Source: Chthonomonas calidirosea
Lineage (GTDB): Bacteria; Armatimonadota; Fimbriimonadia; Fimbriimonadales; Fimbriimonadaceae
Direction of reading: 5' to 3'
Length of the DNA: 64,000 nucleotides
NCBI GenBank assembly: GCA_945859975.1
Contig: CAMAPH010000004.1
Span: forward strand, 32,001-96,000
Below the pieces are notes generated by a model. It saw only the letters and a list, made by a program, of their open reading frames with translations, made no database searches and had not been told where the DNA came from. Numbering within the stretch: the stretch's first letter is position 1; the number at the start of each line of letters is the position of its first letter. Of this stretch, positions 1 to 10,541 are shown piece after piece. The translations under genes were made by a program, and so were the position numbers.

Positions 1-26
1 ACCGCTTCCTCGTCAGAAGGTAAACG

Positions 27-74
27 AAAAGACCCTGTGCTCGGATGAATCCCGAACACAGGGTCGTGCTTTTT
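27..74. terminator. Probable bidirectional intrinsic terminator
   Basis: Stem GACCCTGTG(31-39)/CACAGGGTC(57-65), A-run before and T-run after; lies just past the stop of the minus-strand 970-aa gene. Confidence 0.7.
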
Positions 75-86
75 CAACCTGGGCGA

Positions 87-2999
87 CTATGGGTTGAGGA
101 CGGTGATCTTCAGGCCCTTCAGACCTTGGCTCAGAATCCGCCCGTAGACGTTCGTCGCGCCACGAGCTACTCCCGACACGGTGAACGTGCCAGTGCTACT
201 GCCTGCCGGAATCACGATTTCGGTTGGCATCGAAACGATACCGTTCGACTGCTGAGTCAGCACGATGGTCACTGGCTGAGGCGTGATCGTATTCAAGTTG
301 ACGGTAACGGTTGTGGACTGCCCAACGTTCACGGTTGCGTTCGATGCCGTTATCGAAGCGATACCGATGAACACGGAGGAAACCGTGTTTCGCACCGTTG
401 TTCCCAGCGCCGTCGCGGTCACGGTTGCGTCCCGAACGACCTTATTTGATCTGATTTGGAAAGCAATCGAGCCGCTGCCTTCTGGGATAAAAACAGAGGA
501 AGGCACGATCAGATCAGGCGAACTTGACGCAAGATTCACCGTCACGCCTCCTGCGGGAGCGCGGCCAGTGAGGCCAACAATTGATTGGTTTGAGCCGCCA
601 ACCAAGAAGTCATAGACTTTAACAGAAGCTAAGTAAGTGCCACGTGGCAAAACTTGGATCGTGTCGACTTTTCCGCCAAAGCTCGGCGTTGCTTCAATGG
701 AGACGGTTGTCGCGACATTCACGGCAGAGCCGAAGATGAAGAACGATACTTTGCTTTGCCCTTCGGGAACGAGGACGGTCGCGGGGCAGTAGATGGCGGA
801 TGGGTTGCTATTGGTCAACGCGACCAACAAGCCACCCGGAGGCGCGATCGACTGAAGCGCAACGGTTACGGAGGAAGACCCATGTTCAGAGAATTGGTCT
901 TGGGCAATAGTGATCGATCCTACACGCACCGATCGGATCGTGAGTGACGTGGATCCAGAGATGACGCCGGTTCCGGTCGTGCTGACCGTGACATTGGCAT
1001 CTGTTCCAACCTGAGACGACTGAGCAACAAAGGTTGCCGTTGTTGCGCCGGCTGGCACGGTAACGGTGGCAGGCACGGAGAAAGCAGCGTTGTCACTCTC
1101 AAGTCCAACCGTTCGGTCAGCGGACTGAGCAGAGGCGAGGGTAACGGTACCGGTAATCGGCTTGCCACCAGCAAGGCCCGAGGTTGGGAAGGAAACGTAT
1201 GCCTGAACCGGCGCTGCCTCCATGCGGTACACATAGGCACCACCTTTTTTGCTGTCCTTAACGTTCGCACCGACGATGAATGAGTCCCCAGAGGCCGACA
1301 ACGCACGGCCGAATTGGATGTAGCCCGATCCGTAGATGGAAAGATCACTTGGCAGCAAGGTTGAGTTGTAACTCCAGCCTGAGCCATCAGGTTCGAAAGT
1401 ATGTACTCCGCCTCTTCCGTAATACGGAGTATCGCGGTCGTGGTAGTACGGCTGGCCGATAATGATCGAGTTGTTTGAAATCGCGACAGACTCGCCAAAG
1501 TACGAGTATTCCTGTGGCTCCGGGCTTGACAGGATCGCTTTTTCGATCCACGCCCCCCCTTCGCGCCGAAATATGAGGACTTTGCCATCATAACCCTCAA
1601 AGCCGTTTCTAGCGGTAACGCAAGCGGTGTCTCCAGAAATCGTTACGAAGTGGCCAAACCCGAACCAAAGCGGCGAAACACTCGGCACAAGAGTCTCTGA
1701 TACCCAACCAGATTCGCTGCGGGTGAAAACATAGGCATTTCCTTCACGGTCGACTCCCTCTTCAAGGGCACCAACAATCAAGCTATTTCCTGAAGCATCG
1801 ATGGATCGGCCGAAACTTCCGGAATTCTGTAGGTTTGGAGAAACAAACTGGGTTTGTTCCGTCCAACCTGCCTCGGTTGCGGCAAATTCGTAGACCCTAC
1901 CGGCGTAGTATATACCTTCCACCGGCGCATTTGGAGCGCCAACGAAAAGTGATCTTCCGGCTAGCTTGACCGAAATCCCAAACCCGAAGCCGTTCTGAAC
2001 ATCCGCGCCGGTAAAGCTAGCGCTCTGGGTCCATGTCGAGCCGGACTTTGAAAAGACGTAGACCTTTCCGGCATACCCTTGACCATTGGCCGTGGAGAGT
2101 GGAGACCCAATCGCAATGACATCGCGGTCAATCGACACCGAATGCCCAAAGAATGCGTATTGTTCTGGGTCACTTGCTACTAAAGTTGCTTGCTGCGTCC
2201 ATGACGAGCCACTTCGAGTGAAGACGTACGCACATCCTGCACCTTCGAATCCGTTTGCGCTTGAGTAATATGCACCGATTACGGCCGTATCACCCGAGAT
2301 CGAAACGGAATCACCCGCATAGAGCCGCTGAATGTTTGGATTTTCGGCGGGGGTGAGGATTGCTTCTTCTGTCCAAGTCGGGTCGATGGTTACCGGATAC
2401 ACCGCATCTTGGTCTTCGACACCGATTACGATTTCTTGACCCCGTAGCTGCATTGTGGAAGCCAGTTTCTTTCCGGTGGCATCCCAAACTTTGAGGCCCG
2501 AATAGGAAAGATTGTCTTTTGCGCCGTTAAACTCGATGCGGTCAGGGCCGGTTTGCTTCAGCTTCGCGCCGGTTGTGGCCAACTTCACCCAGAGATTGCC
2601 AGTGCCTTGTTTTTCGTCGATTCTGAACCAGTGATGCAGGCCAGCAGCTTCGTTTACGTACCATTCCGAAAAGCCTGGGCGGTCGAAGGAAAGCTTGCTG
2701 AAGCCAGTTTTGTCCTTGCCAAGGCTCGCCTTCGGTTTCGCCGCGAGCACGGAGCTATCTCCGTTTCCGAAAGCAACGGTTCGAACCGAGACATCGGCAA
2801 CGGTGACTCGACCAACAGAATTAGCCCGGAACACAAAGCGACCAGGCTGTTCTCCGGAGAACTCGTCTCGATCGGACTTGATGAGACGTTGAGACTGGGA
2901 GAGCGCGAGCCTCAAATCTGGATGGTTTGCAAGGGAATCTTGGCCGGACGGAGCCGGAGCCGCAAGACCCGCAATAAGTGGAAGCAGGATCAAGTGCAC
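87..2999 (-). CDS. Secreted FG-GAP repeat beta-propeller protein with C-terminal Ig-like repeats
   Basis: Signal peptide; N-terminal domain ending YPVTIDP; repeated FGxSVxIxGxxxxIGA...GxxYVF units; C-terminal repeats of the VPxxVxxPxG type. Confidence 0.85.
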   Translation of the reverse strand: MHLILLPLIAGLAAPAPSGQDSLANHPDLRLALSQSQRLIKSDRDEFSGEQPGRFVFRANSVGRVTVADVSVRTVAFGNGDSSVLAAKPKASLGKDKTGFSKLSFDRPGFSEWYVNEAAGLHHWFRIDEKQGTGNLWVKLATTGAKLKQTGPDRIEFNGAKDNLSYSGLKVWDATGKKLASTMQLRGQEIVIGVEDQDAVYPVTIDPTWTEEAILTPAENPNIQRLYAGDSVSISGDTAVIGAYYSSANGFEGAGCAYVFTRSGSSWTQQATLVASDPEQYAFFGHSVSIDRDVIAIGSPLSTANGQGYAGKVYVFSKSGSTWTQSASFTGADVQNGFGFGISVKLAGRSLFVGAPNAPVEGIYYAGRVYEFAATEAGWTEQTQFVSPNLQNSGSFGRSIDASGNSLIVGALEEGVDREGNAYVFTRSESGWVSETLVPSVSPLWFGFGHFVTISGDTACVTARNGFEGYDGKVLIFRREGGAWIEKAILSSPEPQEYSYFGESVAISNNSIIIGQPYYHDRDTPYYGRGGVHTFEPDGSGWSYNSTLLPSDLSIYGSGYIQFGRALSASGDSFIVGANVKDSKKGGAYVYRMEAAPVQAYVSFPTSGLAGGKPITGTVTLASAQSADRTVGLESDNAAFSVPATVTVPAGATTATFVAQSSQVGTDANVTVSTTGTGVISGSTSLTIRSVRVGSITIAQDQFSEHGSSSVTVALQSIAPPGGLLVALTNSNPSAIYCPATVLVPEGQSKVSFFIFGSAVNVATTVSIEATPSFGGKVDTIQVLPRGTYLASVKVYDFLVGGSNQSIVGLTGRAPAGGVTVNLASSSPDLIVPSSVFIPEGSGSIAFQIRSNKVVRDATVTATALGTTVRNTVSSVFIGIASITASNATVNVGQSTTVTVNLNTITPQPVTIVLTQQSNGIVSMPTEIVIPAGSSTGTFTVSGVARGATNVYGRILSQGLKGLKITVLNP

Positions 3000-3258
3000 G
3001 GGGGATTCTCGCCGATGCGTTCAGGGAAACGCAATGGTTTTGTTCAAGTGCAAAAAACGATGAAGTATATGCCTTATTCCGTTTTCTATTGACTTTGCCC
3101 GGAATGGCCTAGATGCTTTATTTTGCAGAGTTAACGCAAATAAATTCCACTACCTGAAATCCATCCTTCGGCCGATCGGTCTTGATCCTGCCAGCCTGCA
3201 ATGCCGAGCCTTGTCGCAGAAAAACTGACCTGGACAGGCTGAGCTGAGGGGAAAAGGG

Positions 3259-3334
3259 TGGCTGCCGCAACAGGACTCGAACCTGTGACCAGCTGATTAA
3301 CAGTCAGCTGCTCTACCAACTGAGCTATGCGGCA
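3259..3334 (-). tRNA. tRNA-Asn (GTT)
   Basis: Reverse complement TGCCGCA-TAGCTCAGTTGGTAGAGC-AGCTGACTGTTAATCAGCT...GGTTCGAGTCC...TGCGGCA-G-CCA; 76-nt cloverleaf with encoded CCA. Confidence 0.97.
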
Positions 3335-3352
3335 ACGCTATGAAGATATTAC

Positions 3353-5296
3353 CTAACCTGATTTGCGGAAAACGAGACCCGTTTCGGCATATGCTGGTTG
3401 GATTTCTACGGCACCGTTTTTCACGGTCACGGTCGAGGTGTTTTCGGCCGTGGCGGCGAGGTCGAGACTCTGGACGGTGTAGGTGCCGTCCAGCAGCGGC
3501 AAACCGCTGAGGGTGACCTTTGAGCCGGGTTTCGCTAGCAGGCGGACGGAGGCCCAACTGCCTTCGCTGAGGCCGTGGGCTTTTGCGGAATCGGCAAGGC
3601 CGGGCAGGCTGAAGGAACTGAAGTTCACCCAGTCCGCGCCAAGGTTTTCGACCTTCACGCTGACCTCACCTTTTGGCACGGCGAACTCGATGGGTTCCGG
3701 AACGCGAGTTTCGTTTTCTCCGGCAGGAAAGTCCCGCTTGTAGACTTCCGCGCCATTGACGCTAATTCGCAGATTCGCCCCGCCTTTGGAAGCGCTCGCG
3801 ATGCGGAAGCGAGCCTTGCCAGGTTCGGCAAGGCGGAATTTGAATTCGAGCGGCACGTACATTGCCTTGTTACCGCCGGTCGCGCCGATGAGGTACGAGC
3901 TGACTTCGCCTTCTTTGTCCCATTCGGCAGGAAGGTTGAACGTTCCCGTTTTCGACTTGCCCCAACCGATGCCGGGACGGAAGACGAGATCGACGTTTTG
4001 GCCGGAAATGGTTCGGATTGTGACCGGCGCGGCAGTGCGGTGATTACCAAAATCAGCCACCTTCATGAACGCAGCGGCGCGAGCGAAGATGGGATACAAA
4101 TTATCCTTCTCTACTCGATCCCAGTACCAGTACTGCCCTGCCCCGGCGTGACCGGCTAACAGACCGGCATAGATGCCATCGCGAACGCCCTGCTTGTAGT
4201 CCGGGCCATCGGGTGGGCCGAACTCGCCGAAGAAGCCGGGCTTGTCGGTTGGGAACTTGCGCTTCCCGATCGCGGCGAGCACATTGGCCGGATAGGTGTG
4301 CGGCTGATAGAAGTCCAACTTGGCGTAAAACGCGTCTTCGACGGCAGGAATGGGATCGCTGCTGCTGGTGACCAAGTGGTTGTAAGGGTCGATGCCACGT
4401 AGGTAGTCGGCCATTTCTCCGTGCCAGGTTGCGATGTCCGGCCACCGGTCTTGGTAACGGGCTTCCACCCATTCGACTTCGTTGAAGAGCTCCCAGCACA
4501 TGACGCTGGAGTAGTGGCCGTAGCGAGCTACGGCATATCGCAGCCAGTTTTTCGAGCGGCGCTTTGCCTCAGCATTCGTGAAGAAATCGCCCGGATCCTT
4601 CAGGAAGCCGCCTTTTGCGGTGTTCCAAGGGTTGTCTTGCCAGTTCGGGTTCACGCGGGTGGTCCACTGACCGTGGTGGAACAGTACGAACTGGGCGTAT
4701 TGACCATGCGTGGCAGAGGCGCTGAGCAGGCTGTCCCACTTTTCGAGCGCGGGCGGGTTGAATTCGCCATCTTTGACCGTGCCTTCGACCGGCCACCAAG
4801 GGTTCTTGCCGTCCCAGTGACAGGCCCAAATTCGGGTCCAGTTGGTGCCGTTCTCGCCCATCTTCTTGAGTGACTCGGTCATCGGCGGAAGGTCGCCGTT
4901 TTGCCAGCTTAGGTTAAAGCCGAGCGGAACGTAGGTGCTGCCGTCGTCGAAGATAAAGCCGGTGTCTCGTCGCTTTACAAAGCCTTTTGAGATGGACTCG
5001 GTGGCTTGTACGGTTCGAGTGGTGGGAGCTTGAATGCTCGGTTTGCCGTTTCGTAGCAGGGTTGGCGTGTAAGTTCCAGGTGTCTTGGTAACGAGGATGG
5101 CTTTCCAGGAACCATTGCCCGTGTAGAAGGCTAGTCGCTCTTCGGCCTTTCCGTCCGGTGCGGTGAACTTGACCCGGACGTCGTTTTCGGCGGGATCGTA
5201 AGGGTTGCCGCTGAATTCGATTTTGAATTCAGCGACGGCGGGTCCGTACCACGTTGTAACGAAGCTCGACGTGAGCCCCAGAACTGCCATTAGCAT
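3353..5296 (-). CDS. GH5-like glycoside hydrolase with N-terminal DUF5060-like domain and C-terminal beta-sandwich
   Basis: NPYDP N-terminal motif; WELFNE acid/base and GEFG nucleophile motifs of clan GH-A. Confidence 0.75.
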   Translation of the reverse strand: MLMAVLGLTSSFVTTWYGPAVAEFKIEFSGNPYDPAENDVRVKFTAPDGKAEERLAFYTGNGSWKAILVTKTPGTYTPTLLRNGKPSIQAPTTRTVQATESISKGFVKRRDTGFIFDDGSTYVPLGFNLSWQNGDLPPMTESLKKMGENGTNWTRIWACHWDGKNPWWPVEGTVKDGEFNPPALEKWDSLLSASATHGQYAQFVLFHHGQWTTRVNPNWQDNPWNTAKGGFLKDPGDFFTNAEAKRRSKNWLRYAVARYGHYSSVMCWELFNEVEWVEARYQDRWPDIATWHGEMADYLRGIDPYNHLVTSSSDPIPAVEDAFYAKLDFYQPHTYPANVLAAIGKRKFPTDKPGFFGEFGPPDGPDYKQGVRDGIYAGLLAGHAGAGQYWYWDRVEKDNLYPIFARAAAFMKVADFGNHRTAAPVTIRTISGQNVDLVFRPGIGWGKSKTGTFNLPAEWDKEGEVSSYLIGATGGNKAMYVPLEFKFRLAEPGKARFRIASASKGGANLRISVNGAEVYKRDFPAGENETRVPEPIEFAVPKGEVSVKVENLGADWVNFSSFSLPGLADSAKAHGLSEGSWASVRLLAKPGSKVTLSGLPLLDGTYTVQSLDLAATAENTSTVTVKNGAVEIQPAYAETGLVFRKSG

Positions 5297-5388
5297 CCCT
5301 TATATTTACCGGGTTTCCATCCTGCCTACAAGCATTTTTTCAAATACTAGTAGGTCTGCGTATACAACGGGCTCTAAGTTGGGACGGC

Positions 5389-6891
5389 TTAGTTGTCGTC
5401 GTTCTTGCTGGCCGGTCGGGTTCGGAGCCGGGCCCACTCGCGCAGATCGCCAATTTCCTCGCTCATCATAACGCTCAGCGGCACCACGCTTTTCGCTTCG
5501 GTAAGAAGGTCCTTTTGGGTGACTTCCTTATCCACATGGAAGGCGGAATGAAGGGCGCCAACGACCACCTGCTCGATTTCGGCTCCGCTGAATCCGGCGG
5601 TGGCTTCGGCGAGAGGTCCTAGTTTGAACTTGCCCGGATCGCGCTTTCGCTTGGCGAGGTGGATGCGGAAGATTTCGGCTCGTTCGTCCTTGTCGGGCAA
5701 GTCGACGAAGAAGATTTCGTCGAAGCGACCCTTTCGGAGCATTTCCGGCGGGAGGGCGGAGACGTCGTTGGCGGTGGCGATGAGGAACACCGAACTGGTC
5801 TTTTCGCTCATCCAGGTAAGGAAGGTGGCAAAGACGCGGGCGGTGGTGCCGCTGTCGCTCACGTTTCCACCGCTGACGCCGGCGAAGCCTTTTTCGAGTT
5901 CATCGGCCCAGAGGATGCAGGGCGCTACGGACTCGGCGGTTTTGATCGCCTTGCGAATGTTCTCTTCGCTTTGCCCGACGAGGGAGCCGAAGATTCGGCC
6001 GACGTCGAGCTTGAGGAGCGGGAGGTTCCAATGCGCAGCGACGGCTTTTGCGGTGAGGGATTTTCCACAGCCTTGGACGCCCAAGAGGAGGATGCCTTTG
6101 GGTGCTGGGATGCCGAAATCGCGCGCTTTATCCGTGAAGCTGGTTTGGCGCTTTTCAAGCCAGTCCTTCAGCAACTCGAGTCCGCCTACATCTTTCAAGT
6201 GCGCCTCTGGGGCGTAGTACTCCAGCGTTCCGGACTTTCGAATGATCTGCTTTTTCTCTTCGAGGACGACTTCGACATCAAACTTCTTTCGCTCGACGAG
6301 GCTGCGGGCGAAGGTGCTTTCGATTTCGTCGAGGGTGAGTCCTTGAGCGGATTTGACTAGCAGTTCTCGCTCAAGCGGTTCGAGTTTCGGATCGATGTTG
6401 ACGTTGTCTTTGACCGCGCTGATGACTTTTTCGAGGCAGGCGGAAATTTCATCCACATCGGGCAGTGGGAAGTCGATGACGGTGACGTCTTTTTCCAGGT
6501 CCGACGGTAGGTTGAGGGTCGGGCCGGTGAGGATCAGGGTCTGGGTGCGGCCGCGGAGCCGGAGAGCAAGGTCGCGGAGGAGGCGCACGACCCGGTAGTC
6601 CTTCATGTACGGATGGAAGTCGCGGAGAAGGAAGACGGTGTATTCCGGGGCCTCGTGGACTTGGGCAAGAGCTTCTAGTTCTCCGGGCAGGCCGGAGGTG
6701 CGGGTGGCCATTCCGGGTCGCGAGACGGGCGGGCGCATCCCTTGGGTGACCGACCAAGTGTGGACGGTGCGATTCAGCCCGCTACAGATTCTTTGCAAGG
6801 CTTCTTCGACGCGACGCTCCTCCCAGCTCACCACGTAGAGAATCGGGTACTTGGCCCGAATCAGGATTTCGATCTCGCGGATCGGATTCAT
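5389..6891 (-). CDS. AAA ATPase, Ycf46-like
   Basis: Walker A GVQGCGKS, Walker B ILWADE, TAN...[20 protein letters not shown]; degenerate N-terminal AAA module. Confidence 0.9.
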   Translation of the reverse strand: MNPIREIEILIRAKYPILYVVSWEERRVEEALQRICSGLNRTVHTWSVTQGMRPPVSRPGMATRTSGLPGELEALAQVHEAPEYTVFLLRDFHPYMKDYRVVRLLRDLALRLRGRTQTLILTGPTLNLPSDLEKDVTVIDFPLPDVDEISACLEKVISAVKDNVNIDPKLEPLERELLVKSAQGLTLDEIESTFARSLVERKKFDVEVVLEEKKQIIRKSGTLEYYAPEAHLKDVGGLELLKDWLEKRQTSFTDKARDFGIPAPKGILLLGVQGCGKSLTAKAVAAHWNLPLLKLDVGRIFGSLVGQSEENIRKAIKTAESVAPCILWADELEKGFAGVSGGNVSDSGTTARVFATFLTWMSEKTSSVFLIATANDVSALPPEMLRKGRFDEIFFVDLPDKDERAEIFRIHLAKRKRDPGKFKLGPLAEATAGFSGAEIEQVVVGALHSAFHVDKEVTQKDLLTEAKSVVPLSVMMSEEIGDLREWARLRTRPASKNDDN

Positions 6892-6969
6892 GTTCGGATG
6901 ATGCTACCGAAATGGTTCGGGCGGCGTTGCGCCGATTGGGTGATAATGCTCAGGGCCAGGGGGAATCCA

Positions 6970-8253
6970 ATGACGGACTTAGACTTGATGCTGCGGTTTA
7001 TGCTGCAGGTAATGATCGTTTTGGCGGCCTGCAAAGCCGTCGGCTGGATTGGCTCGAAGTACCTTGGCCAAACGCAGGTGGTGATGGAAATGGTCACCGG
7101 GGTTCTGCTCGGGCCGTCGGTGCTGGGGCGCTCGATGCCGGAACTTCAGGGCTACTTGTTCCCTCGCAAGTTGGAAGGTTTGGCGGGCTCTCACCCTTCG
7201 ATGTCGATCCTGTACATCATTGCCCAGATCGGGCTCGTTTTGTACATGTTTTTGATCGGGCTAGAGTTCGATATTAAGCTCATCTCGAACCGGATTGGTG
7301 GCGCAGTATCGGTTTCGCTTGCCGGGATCATCGCGCCGTTTGCGCTCGGGTTTGGCATTGCTTACATGTATCGCGACCGGACCGACTTGTTTGCGCCGGC
7401 GATCACGGATACAAACGCAGCGATCTACCTTGGGGCGGCGATGTGCATTACGGCATTCCCAATGCTCGCGCGGATTTTGTACGAGCGCGGAATCGCGCGG
7501 ACTTCGATGGGGACGCTAGCGCTGGGCGCCGGGGCGACGGACGATGCGGCGGCTTGGTGTCTGCTGGCGATGGTGTTGGCCTTTAGCAAGGGCAACATGA
7601 ACATCGCGTGGCTCGCAATTGGCGGCGGAATTTTGTTCGGCGTGGTGATGCTGACGCTCGGGAAAAAGTTGCTCAACCGACTGGCGGTGTCCACAAATGA
7701 GACGGGGAAGTTTTCGCAGGGGCAGATGACGACGGTCATCTTGATCCTGATGGCAGGTGCCTGGTTTACAGATGCAATTGGGATTTATGCCGTGTTCGGC
7801 GCATTCTTGGTCGGGTGCGCGATGCCGCGTGGGCGGTATGCGGAGGCGATTCGCGAGCGGCTTGAACCGATGACGGTTTCGTTCTTGTTGCCGTTCTTCT
7901 TTGTTTACAGCGGGCTCAATACGAACATCAATTTGATTTCAGGAACCGAGCTTTGGACGGTGACGATTGTAATTTGTCTAGCCGCCATCTTCGGGAAGGG
8001 CGTAGCTTGCGCGTTGGCGGCCCGGGCTTCGGGCGAGCCTTGGCGAGAGAGCTGGACGATTGGCACTCTCATGAATGCGCGCGGACTGATGGAGCTGATT
8101 ATCTTGAATATCGGCCTTCAGCAGGGCGTGATTACGCCGACGCTTTTTGCGATCATGGTGGTGATGGCGATTGTGACGACGCTGATGGCGTCGCCGCTGT
8201 TCTTGCTGATCTATGGCCGGGTGGAGCCGAGTGCGGCTCCAGCGACAGCTTAG
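6970..8253 (+). CDS. Cation:proton antiporter (CPA2/KefB family)
   Basis: Multi-TM protein with GLEFD, ITAFPMLARIL, TDD and MNARG motifs; start moved to ATG 6970 after a GGGGGA SD-like tract. Confidence 0.9.
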   Translation: MTDLDLMLRFMLQVMIVLAACKAVGWIGSKYLGQTQVVMEMVTGVLLGPSVLGRSMPELQGYLFPRKLEGLAGSHPSMSILYIIAQIGLVLYMFLIGLEFDIKLISNRIGGAVSVSLAGIIAPFALGFGIAYMYRDRTDLFAPAITDTNAAIYLGAAMCITAFPMLARILYERGIARTSMGTLALGAGATDDAAAWCLLAMVLAFSKGNMNIAWLAIGGGILFGVVMLTLGKKLLNRLAVSTNETGKFSQGQMTTVILILMAGAWFTDAIGIYAVFGAFLVGCAMPRGRYAEAIRERLEPMTVSFLLPFFFVYSGLNTNINLISGTELWTVTIVICLAAIFGKGVACALAARASGEPWRESWTIGTLMNARGLMELIILNIGLQQGVITPTLFAIMVVMAIVTTLMASPLFLLIYGRVEPSAAPATA

Positions 8254-9341
8254 AGGGCGCGGTATTCGTTCCCGAAGACTTCGAGCTCTTCCATCGTTCC
8301 CACGCTAACGCGGAGGAAGTTGGGGTGGCCGACGTGCTTTCCGGAGCGGACGATCACGCCTTTTCGCAGCAGGGCTTGGAAGACCGGGTCGGCTTCGCGG
8401 TGGAGGTCGGCGTAGGCGAAGTTCGCATAGCTTTCGACCGGGGTGCCGCCGGTCTGCTCAAACAGATCCTTTAGGAACTGCAAGCCGAGGGTGTTGTTCT
8501 CGACGGTTGTTCGCAAGTGGTCCGTGTCATCGAGGGCGGCGACGGCGGCGACCTGGGCGAGGCTGTTGACGTTGAACGGCTCACGGGCGCGGTGGTAGGC
8601 ATCGACGACGCTCTTCGGTGCAAACCCGAACCCGACGCGGATGCCAGCGAGGCCGTAAGCCTTCGAGAAGGTGCGGAGTCCGATGACGTTGTAGCCTTCG
8701 CGCACGAGGTCGGCGCTGTTTGGCATGTCTGGCGCATGGGCGGCGAACTCGAAATAGGCTTCGTCAAGAACGAGCGTCACGTGGTCAGGAAGCTTGTTTA
8801 GGAAGGCTCGAATGGCGGTGCCAGTGACAACGGTGCCGGTGGGGTTGTTGGGGTTGGCAACGAAGATCACACGAGTATCGGGCGTGACGGCTTCGAGCAT
8901 CCGGTTGAGATCGTGCTTGTGATCGGCGTCAAGAGGGATTTTCGTGAGTTTAGCCGGGGCGAGGTGGGCGGCGGCATCGTAGCGCACGAAGCTCGGGTTG
9001 CCCATGATCATCTCGGTGTCGGGACCGTCCAGGAAGAGCAAGCCAATAAGATGAATCAGCTCGTCGCTTCCGTTTCCGAGGAGGATGTTTTCGGCTTCGA
9101 GACCGAACTTTGCCGCGATGGCGTTTCGGATGGTGGCGGCGCTTCCGTCTGGGTACTGGTGGAGGTTGGCAGCGGCGCGCTGGATGGCCTCAACGGCCAG
9201 CGGCGATGGCCCAAAGGGATTCTCGTTGCTGGCCAGCTTGACGACGCGATCGAGGTTGAACTCACGCTTGACGTCCTCGATCGGTCGCCCAGGCGCGTAG
9301 GGCTCCATCTGAAGCACGTTCGGGCGAATGATTGCGGACAT
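8250..9341 (-). CDS. hisC: Histidinol-phosphate aminotransferase
   Basis: KLASNENP, GNGSDELI, NPNNPTG, LDEAY and RTFSKAYGLAGIRVG PLP-lysine motif. Confidence 0.95.
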   Translation of the reverse strand: MSAIIRPNVLQMEPYAPGRPIEDVKREFNLDRVVKLASNENPFGPSPLAVEAIQRAAANLHQYPDGSAATIRNAIAAKFGLEAENILLGNGSDELIHLIGLLFLDGPDTEMIMGNPSFVRYDAAAHLAPAKLTKIPLDADHKHDLNRMLEAVTPDTRVIFVANPNNPTGTVVTGTAIRAFLNKLPDHVTLVLDEAYFEFAAHAPDMPNSADLVREGYNVIGLRTFSKAYGLAGIRVGFGFAPKSVVDAYHRAREPFNVNSLAQVAAVAALDDTDHLRTTVENNTLGLQFLKDLFEQTGGTPVESYANFAYADLHREADPVFQALLRKGVIVRSGKHVGHPNFLRVSVGTMEELEVFGNEYRAL

Positions 9342-9370
9342 GGTAAGATTGTCCTGATTTTAGGGGCGGC

Positions 9371-10471
9371 TTAGATTGCAATCGCGTTCGACACGCTGTG
9401 CTCGCGCACTTCGTCTGCGGTTACTTCCCTGCCCAGCTTTTCGGAGAGGTAGATGCCTTCGGAGATGAGCATGGTGTTGAGGGCGATTTCGGCGGTGGGG
9501 ATCAGTTCGACTTCGTCGTTCAGCGCGGCGATCCAGTGGGACTGGGAGTTGCCGTACTTTTTGCCAAGGCCTTCCACGGTTTCCCAGCGGAAGCTGGCGG
9601 CGCCGATGTCGGCGGTAGCGCTCATCGCGAGGTTGCCGTAGTTTTTGAAGAAGCCGAACGGCCAGAGGCGGATGCCCGCATCGCTTCCGAGAATGACGTT
9701 TCCGTCGAGCCCGTCCAGGTTCACCGCCCAGGCTTCGATGATGTCGAGGGACTTGTTGCCTTCGAAGCGGACGAAGCCTAGGCCGAGTTCTTCGACGTCG
9801 TACTGAGCGATATCGCGGCGCTTCTCGTCCATCCAAATTTCTTGGTAGGTCTTTCCGGTGATGCGCTCGACCTTTGGATTGCCGAGGAGGAAGAGGTGGA
9901 CGGAGATGTGATAGACCCCCATGTCGTACAGCGCGCCCCCAGCGGCGTTCTTCTTCTGCACGAACGGAGGGGTGGCGTAGCCGTCAACGTAGGGTCTTCC
10001 GCGTCGACGGAATCCGGTGGAACGGGAATGGTAGACGTTGCCCAGTTCACCGGCATCGATGAGCTCTTTGGCGGCTTTGACTTCGTCTGAGTAGATCGTT
10101 CCAAGTTGGATGTGGAGCTTCTTGCCGGTTCGGAGGGCGGCGTCTCGCATTGCCACGGCGTCTACGTAAGTGCCGGCCATGGGCTTTTCGCAGTAGGTGT
10201 GCTTACCGGCTTCGAGGGCGGCGATGGAGACCGGAGCGTGGAGGTTGTTGTAAAGGCAAACGTCGACGGCGTCGACGTCGTCGCGCTTCAGGATTTCGCG
10301 GAAGTCGGTGGTGACTTCGGGGATGCCATAGGTTGCGGCAGATTTTTCGGCTGCTTCGCGGTTCAGGTCGCAGCAGACCACCATCTCGGCATCGGGAATG
10401 TCTTTGTAGTTCTGCATGTGTTGCTGTGCGATTTGCCCGCAACCAATAATTCCAATCCGAATCTTGCCCAT
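9371..10471 (-). CDS. Gfo/Idh/MocA family oxidoreductase
   Basis: GIIGCGQIA Rossmann motif, CEKP, GGALYDMGVYH. Confidence 0.9.
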   Translation of the reverse strand: MGKIRIGIIGCGQIAQQHMQNYKDIPDAEMVVCCDLNREAAEKSAATYGIPEVTTDFREILKRDDVDAVDVCLYNNLHAPVSIAALEAGKHTYCEKPMAGTYVDAVAMRDAALRTGKKLHIQLGTIYSDEVKAAKELIDAGELGNVYHSRSTGFRRRGRPYVDGYATPPFVQKKNAAGGALYDMGVYHISVHLFLLGNPKVERITGKTYQEIWMDEKRRDIAQYDVEELGLGFVRFEGNKSLDIIEAWAVNLDGLDGNVILGSDAGIRLWPFGFFKNYGNLAMSATADIGAASFRWETVEGLGKKYGNSQSHWIAALNDEVELIPTAEIALNTMLISEGIYLSEKLGREVTADEVREHSVSNAIAI

Positions 10472-10541
10472 AGCATCGCGTAGTTTGCGCGAGTTGGCCA
10501 GATTTGTCTAGCCCAACTTCGAGCGTTATGCATCGGCCAAA

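Noticed and set aside
3131..3319. 62-aa ORF over tRNA-Asn, and the N-terminal extension of ORF 52226 over tRNA-Leu
   Set aside because: Artefacts of translating tRNA genes
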